From positions 13,516,001 through 13,580,000 of the forward strand of contig JBHGNT010000011.1 in the NCBI GenBank assembly GCA_043228905.1: DNA of 64,000 nucleotides, read 5' to 3'. The notes under the pieces were generated by a model. That model saw only the letters and a list, made by a program, of their open reading frames with translations. It was not told the origin of the DNA and did not search any database. Numbering within the stretch: the stretch's first letter is position 1; every line of letters begins with the position of its first letter. This DNA is from Azolla caroliniana (Eukaryota; Plantae; Polypodiophyta). A program made the translations under genes and the position numbers. This document shows, in pieces, positions 56,957-64,000 of this stretch.

Positions 56957-58916
56957 TGTCCACTCACCCTTGTACAAATGGTGTAGGTAATATGGGTGCC
57001 TTTATGGTGTTGAGTAGGAGTTAAGTCGGGACAGAGAATCCCATGTAATAAGGGATTTATCCCACATTGTAACGCCTCCCTCTCCTTGTTCTACAAATGA
57101 AAGGGAGGGTCCCTTGTAGAGGGGTTGCCCATTTTGAGTTAGGAAGGTATACCACTTAGGTCTAGGGTTTGGTAGTGTTCTTCCTCTTGATCTTATTCTT
57201 GTTCCCTTAGGGTTTCTACTTTTGTCTTTTCACTCTATTTCGTTTTAGGGTTTTACTTTGGTCTTCTTCATTGTCTCGTGGTTTGGTTCATTCTTTGAAC
57301 GGAGGTTAGTACTCCGTTTAGGTTCTTCTTCTTGTGAGAGTTTGTGAGAGTTAGGGTTTATGCATTTGGGGTCTTAAGGTGTTAGTCTCTTTCTTCGTGT
57401 GAGAGTTTGGACTATTTTGGGGATTCAACAACAACGGCTTTTGGCATTCTGGTGGCGGCTCTTGGAGGTTCGGGATGGAGAGTGTTTCCCATGGCAGTTG
57501 GTTCAAGAAGGGAGGGCGAAGTGGCACGGGAACATTCCACTGTCTTCGGGGCATGACCAAGGGTGGACGTCGCGGTCTCGGCGGCCCACTTGACTCGCCG
57601 TCGCCGGTCCCCATTCTTCTCTTGATGTTTTGTAATAGCCACCAGGTTCGGGGCATGTAAACGTCTTGTTGTAAAATTATTGTTATATATATTCATGTTA
57701 GCTTATATCTATCTTCCTTGTAACATATTTGAGTTGGGTCCATATTTTGCGGTGAACTGTCTTTTTGTGAAACCCTACATTCGTTGGAGCCGGAAGCCGA
57801 TCCCGGACCGAAGCCCACAAAGCTTAAGGACTCCACCATCTGTGTCCCTAGTCCAAGACCCCCATGGTCCCGCCTAAGATCCTACACGTACCCGCGGAAA
57901 ACCGCGACATCTTTAGTGAACCCGATGTGAACGATGGCAAGGGAGAATGGAGGTGGATTAAGAAGGCTTCATGGTGAAGGCAATGTCGAAGGCAATGATG
58001 AACATACACGGAAGAAGGGTGGACAAGAAATGGTTTGGAAGCCGTCGAGGGTGCAGTCGAAGAAGTTGACCATTGAAGTGGGGACGGGGTCCCAAAAATT
58101 TTAAATCCCACGATGCTCGGATTGAGAGGCAATGAGGAGATGTATGAGAGGCAACGAGGCTAAATTGTTTGTCGGGTGGTGGTAGCCGTATGGCATGAAG
58201 AGGACAAAGAGCTTCAAGAAGGTCACGGTTTGGGGTCCTTTGAGGGAGTTATCAAAGATGCACGGGCATGGATGGTCGAAGAGGCAAATAGAGGTCGAGA
58301 AGGAAGCCGCCTTCTCGACGAATGCTGAATAATGAGGAGACCGTGAGGGGTCCGGATTCGGTACGATGGTGCCATTACGGGGAAGGTGTGGGACAAGTCA
58401 CCTTTTCAACTTGCGGAGGAATACGCCTCCCTACACGCAGAGGACGGGGCCTATGCGGAGGCCAGAAGAGCATGCGATGGTAATGTGGGAGAGGGTGCGG
58501 AGCTAGCGACCCTCTCGTCTACCGGAAAAGGGACGGCCATGGATGAGGCCGGTGACTACGGAGCAGGGAGCGCCACTTCGAGAGTGGGCGGAGGGTTCGG
58601 AACATGGTGGCCTGAAACATCAAGCGGGGAGAAGACGAGCGGCAGTGCCGGGACCTTACCCACATTGGTTTTGGAGACTCCGGCATCTGGACTGAGAGCT
58701 AGTGTGAAACCTAGAGTGACGAATGGTGGCGGCGGCAAGGCGGGCAACCAAGACGATGGCAAGGAGAAGGAGGAACAAAGACCGGTCTTGTGGGTCACCT
58801 CACACCACGCTAGAGACTTCGGCGGTCGGCATCGGATTCGACGTAAGACCAAGATATTGACGATGGCGGTAGGAGAATGGGACCTGGTAATCCAGAGAGT
58901 GACGGACGGACTGGGA
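56957..58916. mobile_element. Unclassified, probably retroelement-derived segment (LTR-like part about 56982-57779 and a GC-rich degenerate coding-like part)
   Basis: Abruptly replaces the A4 gag; TGTAGG...CCTACA bracket; several TAGGGTTT motifs and T-rich tracts; no TSD, PBS or domain recognised. Confidence 0.35.
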
Positions 58917-59133
58917 CGACCACTCCTCGGAATCGAGCAGCCACCACAAGTTCAATATCGAGGACCACATCTGCAATGCCGCCGCCCATTGGGAGGGTGC
59001 CCATGCTCTGTAGGCCGGGATGAATCAGTTGCCCCTACTGCTGCCTCCACCTCTTCCTCCTGGCCCCCATGGCACCAATTGCGCCCATGGACACAACATC
59101 ATCGACGATCATGGTGAAGGCGGAGGAGACCGG
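58917..59133 (+). pseudogene. Fragment of a paralog of the bHLH gene (matches exon 1, about 35724-35925)
   Basis: CTCCTCGGAATCGAGCAGCCACCACAAGTTCAATATCGAGG...GGCGGAGGAGACCGG is shared; it has CAG to TAG, a 3-bp deletion and an 18-bp insertion; cut by the C2 LTR. Confidence 0.9.
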
Positions 59134-59589
59134 TGTCACGACCCAAGCTTCGAAGACGAGGTCAATTTGGAAGAAAAGAAGATAATAACAAATGAAAAGA
59201 CGTTTACAAGACAAAAATACAAGAATTTCTATTACCGGAAACCGAGATTACAAGGTTGTTGAAGACTGGTGTTGAACCGGAATGGTTCAACACTAAGCAA
59301 ATCTTCGACTTATATACTGTACATCAGAATGTGCATGATTGCCATTTGGCATACATGTTGTGCGCTACTTGGCGTACAGGGTGCATGCCATTTGGTGGTA
59401 ATCTAATGTGTCTAGTGCTCTAGAGTTCTTGAATAATAATAATATGACAATGTATTTATTAATGAAAAGTGTAAGATCATTGTTTGAAGGTCACAAGTTC
59501 AAACCTTGATATTCACATTTTGTGATGTCATCCCCTCCTTTGACGACGAGTTCCATGAGTTGCAATGCATGAACTAGGTTTTGGTTTAT

Positions 59590-62500
59590 GGGGATAACGA
59601 AGATGAAACTCGTGTATAAGTTCAGAGGCATTAGTGACATTCATTGCAGGTTCCCATGTCTAATCCGCAGGCGTGTATCCAAGCCAATCTATTAGATAAT
59701 ATAACTTATTGCGGATGACCTTAGAGTCCAAAATAGCTTCTACTTCATATTCAGGTCCTTCAGCAAGTTGAACCGGAGGTGGTGGTGGGATAACCCGATT
59801 TGGATTAGAACTTGATATCCATGGTTCTAATAATGAAACATGAAATACTTGATGAAGACGCATATGTGAAGGTAGGTCCAGACGAAATGCAACATCGTTG
59901 ACTTGAGAGATTACAAATGAACCTAGACGTTGGAAATCCAATTTGGCACTTGGTCGAGTAGTTTTCACATTACGACTCAATAACCAGACACGGTCAACAA
60001 CTTTAAACTTAGGGTCTTCAAGCGAAGAATCTAAGCGATGTTTATCCGCCACCTTCTTGTACTTGGCTTGAGCATGAAGAAAATTATGAGAAAGGTTGGT
60101 TTGAATTTCTTTGAGTTTTTCTAGACGATCTTTGACCGTGGGATTGTTTGAGACTTTTGGACATTCAAGCATCATCCATCGAGGATGATATCCTGTGTTT
60201 GCAAAGAATGGAGTGAATCCCGTAAAAGAATGGATTGAATTATTGTAAGCAAATTCTGCCATATGTAAGAAATCCATCCAATCATCTTGTTGATAGTTGA
60301 TAAAGCAACGGAGATATTGTTCTAATGTTTGATTTGTGCATTCTGTTTGACCATCGGTTTGAGGATGGTAGCTTGAAGATAGTTTACGAGAAATTCCAAG
60401 GCTCTCAAGTACGTGTGTCCAAAACTTTGCAATAAATTGTGGTCCACGATCACTAATGATTTCATCTGGAAGGCCATGGTGCTTGAAAACTTCTCGCATA
60501 ACAAGACTTGTCAATTCTTGACTAGTAAAAGTTTTTCTACATGGAAGAAAATGTGCCATTTTCGTAAAGCGATCCACCACTGTAAGAATTGCATCATAGC
60601 CTTGGGAAGATGGGAGATCTGTGATGAAATCGATAGAAATGGATTTCCACAGACTATCTGGAATGGGCAATGGGTGCAACAAACCATATGGCCGATGTTG
60701 AGGCATCTTTGATCGACAACATACATCACAAGTAGAAACATAGTCTATGACAAATTGACGAACCTGAGGCCACTAATAGTTTCAGGTAACTAGCTCTAAT
60801 GTTTTCAAAACTCCGAAATGTCCAGCTAGCGGTGAATCATGGTAGTGATGCAAGACTTCAAGTTGAAAAGGTCCATCAAGAATATAAGTACGGTTGTTTT
60901 GAAAAAGCAACCCATCATGCCAACTGAAGTTCCCATAATCCATGTGAGAAAACTTGGAGAGTGAAGAAGAAGCACGATCTGGAACAAGGTGGTCTAAAAT
61001 ATCTTGTGCAAAATCATTTGAACCAATGCCCGAGGGAATAGAATCGAGAAATTTTGAATCCAAAGTTGTCTCAACAACATTTGTCACCATTAATCGTAGA
61101 GGACTAGGGCTTAGAAGGACTTGTTCTTGATTGTCATAAGTTGGGTCCCTCGGTTTTGGTGCAAAATAAGAGTGTCTTGATAAGGCATTAGCTTTACCTT
61201 GTTGTGTTCCTGGTCGATATGTTATCACAAAGTTGAACCATGTTAGAAATTGTGCCCACCAAGCTTGTCATCGATTTAGAACTCGAGCATTTTGAAAGTA
61301 TGTGAGGTTTTTATGATCGTTGTAAACAATAATTTGGTGGGGAGAACCTTCCAAGAAGTGACGCCATTGTTCGAAAGAATCAACAATTGCCAACAATTCT
61401 TTGTCATGGATTTCATAATTTATTTCTGCAGGTTCAAACTTTCTTGAATGAAATGCAACTGGATGTAATTTCTCATCATCCGCACTTGCGATAGAACACT
61501 TCCTAGTGCAAAATCAGATGCATTTGCTTCTATGATAAACAACTTTTTAAGGTCAACGTGGACCAAAATGGGAGCAGATGTAAATGCTTGCTTCAAACTA
61601 TCAAATGCATCAGGTGCGCTTGATGTCCATACAAATGGTCGGTTCTTCTGTGTTAGTTCCGTGAGGGGCAAAACAACTTTTGAGTAACTCTTGATGAACT
61701 TGCGGTAGAAATTTGCAAATCCCAAGAAACATTGCAGATCATGAACTGAGCCTGGTGTCTTCCAATCTAGAATTGTTTATACTTTCTTTGGATCCATAAA
61801 AATACCTTCTGGTGAGACCATATACCCTAGAAACTCGACTTGATTGTGGTCAAAGCAACACTTCTCTAGTTTGGCATAAAGACCAAATTCCCGTAATCGT
61901 TGTAGAACTTGTCGAACATGATTATTATGCTCCTCTTGTGTCTTTGAGTAGATAAATATGTCATCCAAGTAAATTATCGTGAAGATATCGAGGAAATCTC
62001 AAAAGATATCATTTGCCATATGTTGGAAAACTACTGGAGCATTTGTAAGCCCGAATGGCATTATTGTGTACTCGAAGTGACCATATCGTGTGTGAAAAGC
62101 AGTTTTCCATTCATCAACAGGTCGAATATGAACAAGGTTTTAAGCTCCTCGTAAGTCTAGCCTTGTGAAGTATTTGGCCCCATTGAGACATTCCAAGAGA
62201 TTTGGAATCAATGGCAGAGCATATCGATTTTGAATCATAACCTTGTTCAAACCTCGATAGTCTATGACCAAACATAAAGAGCCATCTTTCAGCAGGAGAT
62301 CGGGAATGTCGAATAAAGCCATTTGCAAGATTCTCATCAATATATTCTCGAAGAACTTTCAATTCTGACGGCGAAAGGTTATAAATTGGTCCCCATGGTG
62401 GTTCCTTCTCAGCATGCAAATCAATGGGACAATCATATGGGTGATGATCAGGAAGTGTTGTGGCCTTTACCTTATCAAACACATCAGAAAATTCTTGATA

Positions 62501-63145
62501 CTTTGATGGCAAATGGACCTCTGAATCTTGTGGGTTTGATAATGGGGTTATGACCACTACGAACACAAACATATCTTCTATTGTAGCTTCTTTATGTAAT
62601 CTTTTGAGAGAGATAGTTGATATATGTCTTGGTGTTAGCTTTGAGGTTGATGTGGTGATGAGCCTTAAAGTGTTGTCTCATGAGTCTATGATTTCCCATT
62701 TCTTCCAATCAATCTTTGGATTATGAAGTTCAAACCATGGCAACCCAAGAACAATTGGATGTTCAGGACTGCTTATGATATTAAAAGATATTACAGTAGC
62801 TAAATTACCAAGAACTACACGAATAGGCTCTGATTCTTCAGTAATATCTCCTGATGCAATAGAACGTCCATCAGTTACTGCTACTGATGCTAGACGAGGA
62901 AGCTTATAGAGTAGAATTTCTTGTGTTGTGGCAAAATCCCAATCCATGAAACATGAGTTGGCTCCTAAATACAAGAGCACAGATGCAAGAACTTGATGAC
63001 ATCTTGATGTGCTGAGTTGAACTTGCGTTGTGAAAACTTCACTAACTCGGTTCAATGAAATGGAACCTAAGCTCGGAACAAGTTCTATATTCTTTGATTG
63101 GTCCAACCAAATGGCTCCGATTTTGGCTAGACTTACTCGCTTAAC
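59590..63145 (-). pseudogene. C2 pol (PR, RT, RH, INT, chromodomain), degraded
   Basis: VLLYLGANSCF..IVLGLPWF; LDLRGA; LDDIFIYS; [10 protein letters not shown]; IDFITDLP; ISDRGPQF; YHPQTDGQTE; EYEVEAILDSK..YLIDWLGY. Confidence 0.92.
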
Positions 63146-63282
63146 AACTCATCTAGTTGGCTTAGAACATCAAAACTATTGGATTGAGGGTTGTTGACAA
63201 GAGTTCTTGGTTTATTGGCTTTGACTGGAGAAGATGAATCAAAATTCTCAATAGCACTTACTTGATTTACTTGTCTCTTTGG

Positions 63283-64000
63283 TCAATGTGAACAATGTAT
63301 TGCTATATGTCCTGGACCACCACAGTATAGGCAAAGTCGATTTGCTCGATGTCGTTGTTTCTCGGCTTCGGACAATGGACCTCGACGACGTGCTGCATCA
63401 ATCTCCATTGGAGTAGGTCCATTAAAAGAATTAGGATTAGGAACTTGCATTGATCCTAAAGGTGGTGAGGCTAATGCTGAAGCATATGTTTGCTCAGATC
63501 TAAGGTGTGTCGACGTTTGTTGGCGCTCAAAACGTCTTTCGAACAAACGATTGTCACATCGAACTGCGCGGCTAATAGCTTCTGTCAGTGATTTGGGTTC
63601 ATCATGAAATATTAAGAGCAAGACTTTAACATCATTACGCAAACCATGCCGAAACAAGTCCATCATCGCTGCTTCATCCCAAGGGATATCACAAGCAAGA
63701 AGACGAAAATCAGCTATGTAAGCTGATGTTGGCCGATCTCCTTGGCGCAACCTACGTATCTTGTTTATTGTTGTTCTTACACTATCAGTATCACCAAAAC
63801 TAGCTTGGAATTCGTTGATAAAGGTATCAAAGTTTTCTTGTATTGGGGATTTCTTCTCTAGCAATGGTGCAAACCATGCTAGTGCGGTTCCTGTCAATAA
63901 TGTTCCAACTAACCCCACTCGAGCTACGTCAGTTGGATATCGGTTGGGATGCATATGAATTATAAGGCGTACCTGATTTAAGAATCCTCAGAATTGAGAC
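63283..64000 (-). pseudogene. C2 gag (partial)
   Basis: HPNRYPTDVARVGLVGTLLTGTALAWF..PTPMEID..CLYCGGPGHIAIHC. Confidence 0.9.

Larger units (their letters stand above)
59134..64000 (-). mobile_element. Chromovirus C2 (same clade as C1, diverged): 3' LTR 59134-59527, PPT about 59530-59541; 5' end beyond the window
   Basis: TGTCACG...TGTGATG (decayed TGTGACA); PPT AAAGGAGGGGA on the minus strand; gag-PR-RT-RH-INT-chromodomain. Confidence 0.92.

Overview
Plant genomic DNA, probably from a non-seed land plant (inferred from the Tcn1-like chromoviruses and a Phygy/Selgy/Athila-like Gypsy). About 80% of the window is nested transposons around one intact 4-exon bHLH-ACT transcription factor gene (35425-38252, about 656 aa). 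LEFT NEST: an old minus-strand non-chromovirus Gypsy (G1, about 1593-26370) is interrupted by a 3.75-kb TIR DNA element, by a chimeric Copia (family A) that itself holds an intact young Tnt1/Tork-like Copia (B1, apparently identical LTRs, TSD CGTCT), and by further Copia fragments. RIGHT NEST: a Copia A fragment holds a chromovirus (C1, TSD CGAAC), which holds a second young Copia (B2, TSD TATGG) and a solo LTR. It is followed by a degraded fragment of a bHLH paralog and a second chromovirus (C2). Most notable observations: (1) a second retropepsin-like domain fused in frame behind the G1 integrase, plus a long extra 3' ORF; (2) tRNA-like Pol III A/B boxes at exact tRNA spacing, antisense in the U3 of unrelated LTRs; (3) strong CCGG over-representation throughout the young Copia B family; (4) self-priming and -1 frameshift signals in the chromoviruses; (5) a TIR element with a probable TATA target duplication and a central palindrome array. 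All counts and alignments were done by eye, and family or clade names are inferred from motifs, not from database searches.
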